From: Kangiella sp.
GTDB lineage: Bacteria > Pseudomonadota > Gammaproteobacteria > Enterobacterales > Kangiellaceae
Reading direction: 5' to 3'
Length of the DNA: 64,000 nucleotides
Assembly (NCBI RefSeq): GCF_014762745.1
Contig: NZ_JABURJ010000015.1
Location: forward strand, 21,303 to 85,302
The notes below the pieces were generated by a model. The model worked only from the letters and a program-made list of their open reading frames with translations, was not told the DNA's origin and did not search any database. Shown in pieces: positions 54,315-63,814 of the stretch; positions within the stretch are counted from its first letter, which is position 1, and each line of letters begins with the position of its first letter. A program made the translations under genes and the position numbers.

Positions 54315-54345
54315 CGTTAGTTGATTTTAATTAAAGGAGTAAATT

Positions 54346-54822
54346 ATGAGTCACAACAATAATCAACCCAAACCACCTATTGCCCACCTTGTATGCAGCC
54401 CTTGCCACGAAGCCATTGAGTTTTATAAAAAAGCATTCGGGGCAGAAGAAGTACAAATAGTTCCCTCACCTGACGGAAACAAAGTCATGCATGCCTGTTT
54501 GAAGCTCGATGGCGGTTTTATCTTTCTAGCCGATGACTTTCCGGAGTTTAATCCTGAGGGCCAGTCTCGAACACCGCAGTCTCTCGGTGGAAGCTGCGTC
54601 ACCATTCACCGTCAAGTAACCAATTGCGATGCTGCCTTTAAACAGGCTATTGATGCAGGCGCTCAATCTCGCATGGAACCCGATGATACCTTCTGGGGTG
54701 ATCGTTGTGGTGTGCTAGTAGATCCTTTCGGGCATCATTGGTCAATCGCTCACCACATCCGAGATATTAGCGAAGAGGAAATAGAGAACTTCATGAAGAA
54801 TGAATTTACCAGTACGTGCTAA
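54346..54822 (+). CDS. VOC/glyoxalase family protein (PhnB-like)
   Basis: AIEFYKKAFGAEE, VMHA.L, DTFWGDRCG...DPFGHHW. Confidence 0.88.
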   Translation: MSHNNNQPKPPIAHLVCSPCHEAIEFYKKAFGAEEVQIVPSPDGNKVMHACLKLDGGFIFLADDFPEFNPEGQSRTPQSLGGSCVTIHRQVTNCDAAFKQAIDAGAQSRMEPDDTFWGDRCGVLVDPFGHHWSIAHHIRDISEEEIENFMKNEFTSTC

Positions 54823-54890
54823 GGCACTTACTGGTATTCATCTACCATTATCCATAAAAAATCACTCAAAAGGACATAAGGAGAAGTGAA

Positions 54891-55367
54891 ATGTCAAAAA
54901 TTACCACCAACTTATGGTTTGATAATCAGGCTGAAGAAGCCGCAAAGTTTTACACATCAATTTTTAAGAACTCTAAGATTAATGACATTACTCGATACGG
55001 TAAGGCCGGCTATGAATTTCATGGTCGCCCAGAGGGTAGTGTCATGACAGTAGCCTTTGAACTGGATGGCGATTCCTTTGTTGCGCTTAATGGCGGACCA
55101 ATGTTTCCGTTCAACGAAGCCATTTCCCTCATCATTAACTGCAAGGATCAAAGTGAGGTTGACTATTTTTGGGATAAGTTGACCTCTGATGGCGGTGAGC
55201 CCGGGCAATGCGGTTGGTTGAAAGATAAGTATGGCGTGTCATGGCAGGTCGTGCCAAAAGGCCTGCAATCATTACTGACCAATAGTGACCGAGCACGACA
55301 GGAACGTGTCATGTCAGTCCTTATGACCATGAGTAAAATCGATTTAAATCGGTTAGAGCAAGCTTAA
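54891..55367 (+). CDS. VOC family protein (3-demethylubiquinone-9 3-methyltransferase-like)
   Basis: KITTNLWFDNQAEEAA.FY, LNGGPMFPFNEAIS, CGWLKDKYGVSWQVVP. Confidence 0.9.
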   Translation: MSKITTNLWFDNQAEEAAKFYTSIFKNSKINDITRYGKAGYEFHGRPEGSVMTVAFELDGDSFVALNGGPMFPFNEAISLIINCKDQSEVDYFWDKLTSDGGEPGQCGWLKDKYGVSWQVVPKGLQSLLTNSDRARQERVMSVLMTMSKIDLNRLEQA

Positions 55368-55378
55368 GGGAGCAAATA

Positions 55379-55756
55379 GTGATGAGTAGTATTTACTTTG
55401 AAATTCAAGCACGTGAACCATCCAGAGCAATATCTTTCTATGAAAAAGTGTTTGGATGGAAGTTTACCAAAATGGAAATGTTACCAATCGACTATTGGCG
55501 CATAGAGGGCGATGAGCTTACTGGAGGCTTGCTACAAAGTCCTGCCCCACTCCCGCCACTGGAATGCGGAACCAATGCTTTCGTATGTTCTTTTGAAGTT
55601 AATAACTTTGATAAAGTGGCGCAGGTAATTGAGGCCGAAGGCGGCCAGGTAGCGATGCCTAAATTTGCAGTGCCGGGAATCTGTTGGCAGGGATACTTTA
55701 TTGATACTGAAAATAATACCTTTGGTATATTTCAACCCGATGAACAAGCCAGATAA
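55379..55756 (+). CDS. VOC/glyoxalase family protein
   Basis: YFEIQA..P.RA..FYEKVFGW, DTENNTFGIFQ. Confidence 0.85.
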   Translation: MMSSIYFEIQAREPSRAISFYEKVFGWKFTKMEMLPIDYWRIEGDELTGGLLQSPAPLPPLECGTNAFVCSFEVNNFDKVAQVIEAEGGQVAMPKFAVPGICWQGYFIDTENNTFGIFQPDEQAR

Positions 55757-55928
55757 CCTGGTAAGATCTACTCAAGAACCCTCGTATCCCGATAAACATT
55801 AACTCATAAAATTTGTTAAACACCTCACAAATGAGGCGCAAGCCTCTTGTTTTTTTATAAACAATATAAAAATTTATTTTGCCTACTTTGATAGGTCCTA
55901 GTTTATAGCTGAAAATAAAGGAGACATT

Positions 55929-56153
55929 ATGAAAAAAATGACTATCGGATTACTTTCCGCTGGATTAATTCTTTTTGTAGTATTTTTTAACTCTATATCT
56001 AAAGCTGCGATACACGTTACTGAAGATGGCGTCTATTGTGATAACGGGTGCGACGTATATGGTGGCTGGGGTAGTGTCACGATATGCGATGGAGGCACAA
56101 CAAACTGCATAAGAATGCCATCTGGGACACGTATACTTAACAAACCTCTGTAA
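55929..56153 (+). CDS. Small secreted Cys-containing hypothetical protein (74 aa)
   Basis: GGAG RBS, signal peptide ending SKA-A, four Cys in the mature part. Confidence 0.7.
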   Translation: MKKMTIGLLSAGLILFVVFFNSISKAAIHVTEDGVYCDNGCDVYGGWGSVTICDGGTTNCIRMPSGTRILNKPL

Positions 56154-56225
56154 TATATTTAATTTAGTTTTTAATTTTCAGTACATAGAGAGCTTAGTGT
56201 CTAAGCTCTCTCCTAGGAGACGATA

Positions 56226-56852
56226 ATGAAGATTTGGCTACCTATTTTTGTCGTTATCGGTGCGGTAATTATTTATTTAACAAAGCCAAGTGCTATAGAT
56301 TCACCAAAGACCGTACCAATACAATTAGAATCAACTAATGTTGGAAACCAGAATAATAAAAAAACTGACACAAATATAGAGCCTATTTTAAAAGTGCAAC
56401 AAGAACCAGAAGATGGTACTAACCATTATAAACCTTCCTCTGATAGTACCCGACCCGAATTAAATCATGAGAATTCATTAAACCTTACCGAACCATCAAG
56501 CGAGACTCCTTGGCCAAATACAAAGAATACCGCCGAAATGGACAGACACTTCTATCAACAAGCATATGATTCCAGTTGGGCTAGTGGGCAAGAGGTAAAT
56601 TTAATTGAAACCATTACCGAGGTCTTCATTACAAATGGACTTAGTAATGAACTAAAAAAAGTAGAGTGCAGAACAAATGCATGTAGAATTGAGTTTAATC
56701 AGAGTCTTCAGAATGAATACTTTAATGATGTTCTAGAAAGCTTATATGACAGAAATGAGGAGGGGCTAGCAAAGGCCATAAGTATAAGACAAACACAAGC
56801 TGGTAATACGCTCATTTATGTTAGCCGCAAACATATCAAGCCACCGCTGTAA
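56226..56852 (+). CDS. Hypothetical membrane-anchored exported protein
   Basis: AGGAGA RBS, N-terminal TM, low-complexity linker, C-terminal domain with ECRTNACRIE. Confidence 0.7.
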   Translation: MKIWLPIFVVIGAVIIYLTKPSAIDSPKTVPIQLESTNVGNQNNKKTDTNIEPILKVQQEPEDGTNHYKPSSDSTRPELNHENSLNLTEPSSETPWPNTKNTAEMDRHFYQQAYDSSWASGQEVNLIETITEVFITNGLSNELKKVECRTNACRIEFNQSLQNEYFNDVLESLYDRNEEGLAKAISIRQTQAGNTLIYVSRKHIKPPL

Positions 56853-56868
56853 CAGAATAATGAATGAT

Positions 56869-57492
56869 TTACTCAAAAACAGTGGCATCACCAGCACCAT
56901 AGCGGATGATTTCAGGATAACCACTGGTCATGTCAACAACGGTAGTTTCTTCATGGCCGCAATAACCGCCGTCAATAACGGCATCAACGCGGCCATTCAG
57001 TTCATCAAAAATTTCATGCGGTGCTAACACCGAACCTTCATCCTGCCCCGGCAAAATCAAACTGGTGTTCATCATTGGTTCACCGAGCGCTTCAAGAATC
57101 GCCTGGGCAATTGCATTATCTGGCACACGAATACCAATGGTTTTCTTTTTAGGATGCTTGAGTCGGTTTGGTACTTCGGCAGTTGCACGCAAAATAAAGG
57201 TGTAGGGCCCGGGAGTATTGTTTTTAATCATACGGAAAGCCGTATTATCCACTTTTGCATAAAAAGCCAACTCGGATAAATCACGACAAACCAGAGTGAA
57301 ATTATGATTCTTTTCCAGGTCACGTATCTGACGTATGCGATCCAAAGCCTTTTTATCACCAATGTGACAGCCTAGCGCATAGCCTGAGTCCGTCGGATAC
57401 ACCACAACACCGCCATTACGAATGATGGCTACGATCTGGCTGATGAGTCGTGGCTGTGGGTTTTCTGGATGTATTTCAATCAGTTGCGTCAT
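56869..57492 (-). CDS. yciO: Sua5/YciO/YrdC family protein
   Basis: IEIHPENPQPRLI, VYPTDSGYALGC, NNTPGPYTFIL, KTIGIRVPD. Confidence 0.93.
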   Translation of the reverse strand: MTQLIEIHPENPQPRLISQIVAIIRNGGVVVYPTDSGYALGCHIGDKKALDRIRQIRDLEKNHNFTLVCRDLSELAFYAKVDNTAFRMIKNNTPGPYTFILRATAEVPNRLKHPKKKTIGIRVPDNAIAQAILEALGEPMMNTSLILPGQDEGSVLAPHEIFDELNGRVDAVIDGGYCGHEETTVVDMTSGYPEIIRYGAGDATVFE

Positions 57493-57519
57493 AATTTATC
57501 TTTAGGTTTTGTTGTTCGG

Positions 57520-58350
57520 TTACTGCCACGCTGTCCATACAGGAGTGACCTTGTCAGGCATTGGTGGAAACTTTCCTAACAAGGCCCAGGGCTTATCCGG
57601 AGAGTGGAAATCAGAGCCCTGTGAGGCAAGCAGGTTATACTTTTGCACCCAGTTTGCCAATAGATTTTTCTTGCCGGGATGTATATTAGGATAACACACC
57701 TCTATCGCTTCACCGCCCAACCTCTGAAAAGTCTGTATCAGCTCATGCAACTGGTTAGAGCCCATTTTGTAGCGCGTGGGATGTGCTAAAACTGGAACGC
57801 CGCCCGCTTGTTTAATAATCGCTATGGCATCTTCCAGTTCAAACCAGTCATCTTTTACAAATGCCTTGCCGCCTTTAGCCAGGTACTTTTTAAAAGCATT
57901 GGCAAAATTATTAACCGCCCCTTTATCCAATAAGTATTGAGCCAGATGAGTACGGCAGACCATGTTCTGTTCCTGCAGCATGATTTCTACATCATTAACT
58001 GCCTGTTCAACCCCGGCTTTTTGCATCTTATGAGCCATTTCCAGCGCTCGGGTGTAGCGCTTTTGCTGCTGAAGCTTTAAAAATGAAGACAAGGCTGAGT
58101 GCTCAGGATCAATGTTTAAACCCACTATATGCAGGGTATGCTTTCCCCAGCCCGCTGAAATCTCAACACCTTCCACTATTTTTATATCGAAATCATGGGC
58201 TTGTTCACGCAGCGCTAATACGCCAGCCACTGAATCGTGATCAGTAATCGCAAGCTCATCGACACCACGTTCAACGGCCAGCTCGACAAGCTCATGCGGC
58301 GACAAACTGCCATCAGATGCCTGAGTATGATTATGTAAATCTCTTAACAC
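57520..58350 (-). CDS. yciV: PHP-domain phosphoesterase (YciV/TrpH-like)
   Basis: DLHNHTQASDG, AITDHD, LAHP.RY, GSDFH. Confidence 0.9.
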   Translation of the reverse strand: MLRDLHNHTQASDGSLSPHELVELAVERGVDELAITDHDSVAGVLALREQAHDFDIKIVEGVEISAGWGKHTLHIVGLNIDPEHSALSSFLKLQQQKRYTRALEMAHKMQKAGVEQAVNDVEIMLQEQNMVCRTHLAQYLLDKGAVNNFANAFKKYLAKGGKAFVKDDWFELEDAIAIIKQAGGVPVLAHPTRYKMGSNQLHELIQTFQRLGGEAIEVCYPNIHPGKKNLLANWVQKYNLLASQGSDFHSPDKPWALLGKFPPMPDKVTPVWTAWQ

Positions 58351-58436
58351 GTATGAATACCACTATTGAGTCTGTTACCAGTTTGCCTATCTTTTGCATT
58401 CAGGTAAACTTGGCAGGCACTTTTTTGGAGTCCACT

Positions 58437-59039
58437 ATGACCTTTTTGAAAGAAAACTATCCGCTGGTTGCCTTTATCGCGGTTTACCTTATCACAAAAA
58501 ACCTGATTCTAGCCGCAGCGGTCTGGAGCGCCGGTTCGTTAGTGCAAATTTTAACCAGCGTATTCACCAAGCAGTCAATTAAAAAAAGCCACATCGCCTA
58601 TTTTATTCTTGGTGTTCTATTAGTGGTTTCCGCCTACTACTTTGATGACGAAAACTTCATCAAATGGAAAACCACCATTATTTTATGGGTTGGCTCATTG
58701 TTTATCCTATTCCGCCAACTTTTCAGCAAAAAATACATCATTCAGGATCTACTCAAAGCCAATGACATCCTAAAAGATACAGCACCGCACAGCCTGCTGG
58801 CTAAGATCAACTGGCTATGGATTCTGTATTTAATTGGCTTCGGTTTCTTGAATTTGTATGTCGCCTATACCTTTAGCACCGATGTCTGGTTCTGGTTTAA
58901 AATTATCGGCCTCTTTGCATCAACCATGCTGCTATTCATTATCAGCATTATCATGCTCAAAGAACACGTAAATCTCGAAGAACCACAAAAGTCGGATTCA
59001 CAGGAAACCGACTCAGATAAAAATGACTCGCAGGAATAA
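58437..59039 (+). CDS. yciB: Inner-membrane protein YciB (septation protein A)
   Basis: FIKWK.TI, W..FKIIG; position between PHP and yciI; GGAG before ATG 58437. Confidence 0.8.
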   Translation: MTFLKENYPLVAFIAVYLITKNLILAAAVWSAGSLVQILTSVFTKQSIKKSHIAYFILGVLLVVSAYYFDDENFIKWKTTIILWVGSLFILFRQLFSKKYIIQDLLKANDILKDTAPHSLLAKINWLWILYLIGFGFLNLYVAYTFSTDVWFWFKIIGLFASTMLLFIISIIMLKEHVNLEEPQKSDSQETDSDKNDSQE

Positions 59040-59042
59040 AAT

Positions 59043-59342
59043 ATGTTGTATGTCATCTTTTCACAAGACGTTGAAAACTCATTGCCGCTACGCGCACAAG
59101 CGCGTCCAGCACATGTCGAACGGCTACAGGCACTTAAAGAACAAGGTCGCCTGATACTTGCCGGCCCCTGCCCAGCCATCGACGCAGAAGATCCCGGCGA
59201 AGCAGGCTTCACCGGCAGCATGATCGTCGCCGAATTCGACTCGCTTGAAGACGCCCAGGCCTGGGCCGACGCCGATCCCTACATCGAAGCCGGCGTTTAC
59301 CAATCAGTAATCGTAAAGCCATATAAAAAAGTATTGCCTTAA
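59043..59342 (+). CDS. yciI: YciI family protein
   Basis: R..ARPAH..RL, AGP.PAID..DPG.AGFTGS, DPYI.AGVY. Confidence 0.95.
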   Translation: MLYVIFSQDVENSLPLRAQARPAHVERLQALKEQGRLILAGPCPAIDAEDPGEAGFTGSMIVAEFDSLEDAQAWADADPYIEAGVYQSVIVKPYKKVLP

Positions 59343-59468
59343 CCTAAGTTATATAGAAAATTAGCTTTATGCCATTTAGTTAATTCAAAGCTATGAACAT
59401 ATACTTTTAAGAGCAGATAGCACCAATTACCCCCTTATATTGAGCTAAGGCACGTACAAAATATAGCA

Positions 59469-59714
59469 ATCAAAATCGTGGATGATTTTGATAAGAATTT
59501 TCAGCACAGGGATGTGATGTAAATTCTGGTGCGTTAAGTATTTTGGGAGTGACGCAGGTAGTCACGCAAAGCGTGACCTCAATATCGGGGTGTCGTTTCT
59601 TTTGGTCCCTTTTCTTTGGACAAGCAAAGAAAAGGGACTCGCTGAGTAGCGAAACAAAAACCATAGGAATGGACAAGCGAAAAGATCATGGATTCCCGCC
59701 TCCGCGGGAATGAC
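59469..59714. repeat. Second intergenic mosaic of palindromes, including a dRS3-like element
   Basis: ATCAAAATC-N6-GATTTTGAT (59469), GTAG-TCACGC-AAA-GCGTGA (59558), 14-bp stem GTCCCTTTTCTTTG/CAAAGAAAAGGGAC (59605-59638), ATTCCC-N8-GGGAAT (59692-59711). Confidence 0.7.
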
Positions 59715-59773
59715 AAAGGGTTACGCCTTACAAGTAAAGAATATTATCGATACAACTAAAATTGGAGAACCTA

Positions 59774-60037
59774 ATGGATAATTCACAACGCCTTGAACGC
59801 ATGCAACAAATGATTCAGGACGCACTAAACCCGACACAACTTGAAGTTATTGACGACAGCCATAAACACATCGGACACGCCGGAGCCAAAGAAGGCAAAG
59901 GACACTTCACCGTAGTAATAAAAAGTGAAGCGTTAGAAGGTAAGCGAATGCTGCAACAGCATCGAATGGTTTATGAAGCGCTGGGTGATATGATGGAAAC
60001 GGATATCCATGCGCTGGCGATTAAAGTCATTAAATAG
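59774..60037 (+). CDS. bolA: BolA family protein
   Basis: LEVIDDSHKHIGH, GHF, QHRMVY.AL, IHALAI; GGAG before ATG 59774. Confidence 0.92.
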   Translation: MDNSQRLERMQQMIQDALNPTQLEVIDDSHKHIGHAGAKEGKGHFTVVIKSEALEGKRMLQQHRMVYEALGDMMETDIHALAIKVIK

Positions 60038-60044
60038 TTCAATG

Positions 60045-60083
60045 GTACCCCTAGGGCAGGATCTGCGTCACGACGCACCCTAC
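60045..60083 (-). repeat. GTAG-type REP-like element plus a motif shared with 12454
   Basis: GTAGGG-TGCGTC-GT-GACGCA on the minus strand; GTACCCCTAGGGCAGGA vs GTACCCTAGGGCAGGA at 12454. Confidence 0.55.
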
Positions 60084-60100
60084 TACATATAAATTAAAAA

Positions 60101-60661
60101 TCATTTTATAGTAAAAACCTCACGATAATCTGTGTGGCAATTATTAAGGCATGCATAAATATAATCAGGCTTCTCATCAACAAAAACAATTAAATCCCAA
60201 TAATATCCATACATTCCTCTATCAGCTCCTAATCGTATAGTATAAATATCTTTATAGAAAAACTCTTCGCCAAGTGCTTTTTTTAATAAGCCATTCATGT
60301 TTTTTATTTCAACTGAAGCTAACAGCTTAAAGTCATGAATCTTAATAAACTTATAGCTTGTCTTATTTATATTGTTCTTAGGAAAAGGCTCACCATATGG
60401 GCTTATCACCACTTCTTGCCCAGCTGTATTGTTTAGAGACAATTGCCCCTTCGTCGTAAAGTATTGTCCATTCTCATCATCACAAACCACTTTAAACTAT
60501 TGGTTTAGTGGCTCTGATAACTTGAGTTCATAATCATTGCTACTGCATGAACTGAACCAAGAGCACCCTTGCATAGATAAGGTTATTAGAAAGATAAAAC
60601 CTAAGTAAATCACTCTGTTTTTTCTTGACTTTAATGAAATATTTGGAAGGTTTGGGACCAT
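60101..60661 (-). pseudogene. Lipoprotein gene interrupted by an in-frame TAG
   Basis: ATG at 60661 gives MVPN...LITLSMQG-C lipobox ...EPLNQ*FKVVCDD. The TAG at 60499-60497 is in frame with the 129-aa ORF from the track. Confidence 0.65.
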
Positions 60662-60693
60662 GAGATGCTCTTCTTAATGTTAGGTATACCCAA

Positions 60694-61698
60694 CTACCTC
60701 TTCGGCAAATAACGCATTGGGTCTACAGGCTTACCTTTGAAGCGGATTTCAAAATGCAGTTTCGGGACATCGCTGTCGGTGTTACCGACTTCGGCGATTT
60801 TCTGACCGGCTTTGATGATTTCGTTTTCTTTAACCAGCAGGATTCGATTGTGGGCGTAGGCGCTGATGAAGTCGTTGTTGTGTTTGACTATGACGAGGTT
60901 GCCGTAACCACGTAGACCTCGGCCTGCGTAGACTACTCGCCCTGCGGCGGCAGCTCTTACCGGATCGCCCAAATTACCTGCTATATCGATGCCTTTGGAG
61001 CTTTTACTCGCTCCAGAAAAGCCTTGCAGGATTTGGCCCATGGTTGGCCACATCCAATATTTCACAGGAGAATTTGGCGAATAGGCAATGGGTTCTTTGC
61101 TACCACTCGAAGTATTGCCACTACTTGCAGGCTCTTTCTTGGGTTCTTTTTCAGATTCCTGTTGAGCCACTGGTTGCGTTGGCTGAGTGTCTGACTGTGT
61201 TCTTGATGGAGTTTGACTGCTGGTTGGTGTTCTAGGAACTTCAGTGACAGGCCTTCTAGAAACGCTGACTGGTGTACGACGGGATGCATCCGTTGACTGC
61301 TGAGTGCCGGGCGGTTCTGTGCCAGCGACTTCATAGTCATCTGCTGGTGTTATTTCCCGAGCTTTTTGTAGATTCAGGCGCTGCCCTGAGTGGATGGTGT
61401 AATTGCTGTCAATATCGTTGGCCTGCGCCAGGATGTTGTAGTCAAGGCCATAACGAAAGGCAATGGAGTATAGGGTGTCGCCCGGACGCACATAATAGAA
61501 CTGCTGACTGTTATCCACTTCAGAAGGCGGGTAGAAGCTGTGCAGCTGAGCCTTATAGTTGTTGGCTTCGCGCTCTTCGACTGGCGCCAGACGCTCATTG
61601 CCACAGCCCTGCAACCAGAAGACCACAAACACTATCGCCACAATCCACAGCGAGCGAATGGCTGAGCGCTTGAGTATCTCTTTGGTTTCTGGTCGCAT
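60694..61698 (-). CDS. nlpD: LysM/M23 lipoprotein NlpD
   Basis: Lipobox LQGC, LysM YYVRPGDTLYSIAF, KGIDIAG, AYAHN, LHFEIR. Confidence 0.92.
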   Translation of the reverse strand: MRPETKEILKRSAIRSLWIVAIVFVVFWLQGCGNERLAPVEEREANNYKAQLHSFYPPSEVDNSQQFYYVRPGDTLYSIAFRYGLDYNILAQANDIDSNYTIHSGQRLNLQKAREITPADDYEVAGTEPPGTQQSTDASRRTPVSVSRRPVTEVPRTPTSSQTPSRTQSDTQPTQPVAQQESEKEPKKEPASSGNTSSGSKEPIAYSPNSPVKYWMWPTMGQILQGFSGASKSSKGIDIAGNLGDPVRAAAAGRVVYAGRGLRGYGNLVIVKHNNDFISAYAHNRILLVKENEIIKAGQKIAEVGNTDSDVPKLHFEIRFKGKPVDPMRYLPKR

Positions 61699-61746
61699 GC
61701 CTTTGATAGAAATCCTTGTTTTACAATGGGTTATTGATGTTCTTTG

Positions 61747-62331
61747 CTACACGTACTGATAGATAATATAAGCGATTACGACAAGGATTAAAAAGCCCCA
61801 GCCAATCCAGTCTACATATTGACGCAATTTATGGCGCATTGGTTCCCCGCCCCACTTAATTAAACCGCTGATCAGATAAAACTGAGCAGCACGAGCTACT
61901 ACTGATGCCAATACAAATGGCAAAAACGCCATACTAAGCGCACCAGCGGTCAGGGTGAAGATCTTATAGGGTACGGGCGAGAATCCAGCGATTAATACCA
62001 CCCAGACGCCAAACTCTGCAAACCAGCCCACTGCTTTATCATAAGTCTCAAGATACCCTAGCTTTTCAATGGCTGGCAACGCCCAGGACTCAAAGGCGAA
62101 AGCGCCAATCAGATAACCGACCACGCCACCTAGAACTGATGTTACCGTAGCCAATCCAGCCAGGCTCAAGGCACGATGCGGCGTTGATAAGGCCATCGGT
62201 GCCAACATGGCGGCGGTAGGAATAGGGAAAAAGATTGATTCGATAAAACTGATAAAGCCTAAAATATAAACTGCGTACTTATGACGAGCCCAACGCATGC
62301 AAGCGTCGTACATCTTGGTAAAAATATTCAT
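61747..62331 (-). CDS. yqaA: YqaA/DedA family membrane protein
   Basis: SFIESIFFPIP, AGFSPVPYKIFT..AG. Confidence 0.88.
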   Translation of the reverse strand: MNIFTKMYDACMRWARHKYAVYILGFISFIESIFFPIPTAAMLAPMALSTPHRALSLAGLATVTSVLGGVVGYLIGAFAFESWALPAIEKLGYLETYDKAVGWFAEFGVWVVLIAGFSPVPYKIFTLTAGALSMAFLPFVLASVVARAAQFYLISGLIKWGGEPMRHKLRQYVDWIGWGFLILVVIAYIIYQYV

Positions 62332-62996
62332 CGAGCAACGCCACTGACTAACGGTACAAATTTAACTTTCTCAATCACGGTTTGCTTAAACTCGTCGCCC
62401 TGACGCTCAACCAGGATCAACTCCTGCGCAGTTTCGGTTTGTCCAACAGGAATAACCATCCGTCCGCCATCAGCCAGTTGTGCCAATAGCTTCTCAGGAA
62501 TTTGCGACGGCGCAGCGGTGACAATGATAGCATCGAAAGGTGCATTCTGCTGCCAGCCATTAAAGCCGTCGGCAAACAGATACTGCACATTGTGGATGCC
62601 CAGCTGACCCAGTGTTTTTCTAGCCTGCATATGGAGTGCGCGGATGCGCTCGACGGTGAACACGGTTTTGCAGAGTTTAGACAAAATTGCCGTTTGGTAA
62701 CCACAACCAGTGCCGATTTCGAGGACCTTATTCATGGAACCAGATTCAACCAGCGCCTGCGTCATGCGCGCGACAATATAAGGCTGAGAAATGGTTTGTC
62801 CCATGCCAATCGGCAAAGCAGTATCTTCGTATGCGCGATGTGATAAACCCTCATCAATAAATACATGACGAGGTGTGTCTTCAATGGCTTTCAAAACCTG
62901 TTGGTTGGTGATGCCCTCGGCAATCAGACGCTGTACCAGACGGCCACGCGTTCTCGCTGAAGTCATTCCAATGCCAGAAAAATGAGCTGCATTCAT
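62328..62996 (-). CDS. pcm: Protein-L-isoaspartate O-methyltransferase
   Basis: AYEDTALPIG.GQTISQPY, VLEIGTGCGYQTA, APFDAIIVTAA. Confidence 0.97.
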   Translation of the reverse strand: MNAAHFSGIGMTSARTRGRLVQRLIAEGITNQQVLKAIEDTPRHVFIDEGLSHRAYEDTALPIGMGQTISQPYIVARMTQALVESGSMNKVLEIGTGCGYQTAILSKLCKTVFTVERIRALHMQARKTLGQLGIHNVQYLFADGFNGWQQNAPFDAIIVTAAPSQIPEKLLAQLADGGRMVIPVGQTETAQELILVERQGDEFKQTVIEKVKFVPLVSGVAR

Positions 62997-63038
62997 AGTT
63001 ATCTATCTGTTCTGTATTGTTGTTATTGCTTGAGCCTA

Positions 63039-63806
63039 TCAGCTTTTAATTAATGGGCTGTCATAAGTACTCAAAAAGTCTTCCACTTCATCAAAGCTGT
63101 TATATGCGGTCAGATCCACATTGACGGGCGTTATCGAAACATAACCATGCTCAACGGCATGAAAATCCGTTCCTTCCCCAATATCTTGCCCGCTCGGTAA
63201 GGGGCCAAGCCAATAAACCTGGCGGCCTTTTGGATCCTTATCCGGAATAATAGTATCAGCACGGTGGCGATTTCCCAAGCGTGTTAGCTTAATTCCTTTT
63301 AATTCTTCATAAGGCAGGTCAGGAACGTTGATATTCAGTACCCGATCCTTGCCCAGCGGATGCTTAATTAAGCCCTCGATAATCTCCACCGCAACCCTCG
63401 CAGCAGTCTCGTAATGCTGGCAATTGTGGCCTACCAATGACACCGCAACGGCAGTATAACCCAGTGCACGCCCTTCCATTGCAGCAGCTACCGTGCCCGA
63501 ATATAGGGTGTCATCGCCCAAATTGGCGCCAGTATTAATGCCAGCCACCACCATATCCGGTGCTGCGCCCATCAAATGGTGCGTACCCAGGTGCACACAA
63601 TCAGTTGGCGTACCGGTTACCGCAAAAAATCCGCGCTCTGTTTGCCAGGCACGAATAGGATGATCCAGGGTTAATGAATTACTGGCTCCACTGCGGTTAC
63701 GGTCTGGCGCAACTACGGTGACCTGCGCGATACGTTGCAAATGGTCATATAAGGCATTAATTCCCGGCGCAAAAAAGCCGTCGTCATTACTTAGCAGTAT
63801 TTTCAT
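63039..63806 (-). CDS. surE: 5'/3'-nucleotidase SurE
   Basis: [41 protein letters not shown]. Confidence 0.97.
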   Translation of the reverse strand: MKILLSNDDGFFAPGINALYDHLQRIAQVTVVAPDRNRSGASNSLTLDHPIRAWQTERGFFAVTGTPTDCVHLGTHHLMGAAPDMVVAGINTGANLGDDTLYSGTVAAAMEGRALGYTAVAVSLVGHNCQHYETAARVAVEIIEGLIKHPLGKDRVLNINVPDLPYEELKGIKLTRLGNRHRADTIIPDKDPKGRQVYWLGPLPSGQDIGEGTDFHAVEHGYVSITPVNVDLTAYNSFDEVEDFLSTYDSPLIKS

Positions 63807-63814
63807 AAGATTCT

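Noticed and set aside
58317-58436. Extended N-terminus of yciB overlapping the PHP gene
   Set aside because: A downstream ATG at 58437 with a GGAG RBS fits the family length, so the extension is an ORF-calling artefact.
59470-59676. 68-aa ORF containing FACPKKRDQKKRHP
   Set aside because: It is the translation of the hairpin repeat element and not a real gene.
60497-60499. Pyrrolysine or selenocysteine recoding of the in-frame stop
   Set aside because: Sec uses TGA, and there is no evidence for pyl machinery in this window or lineage. A nonsense mutation is more parsimonious.
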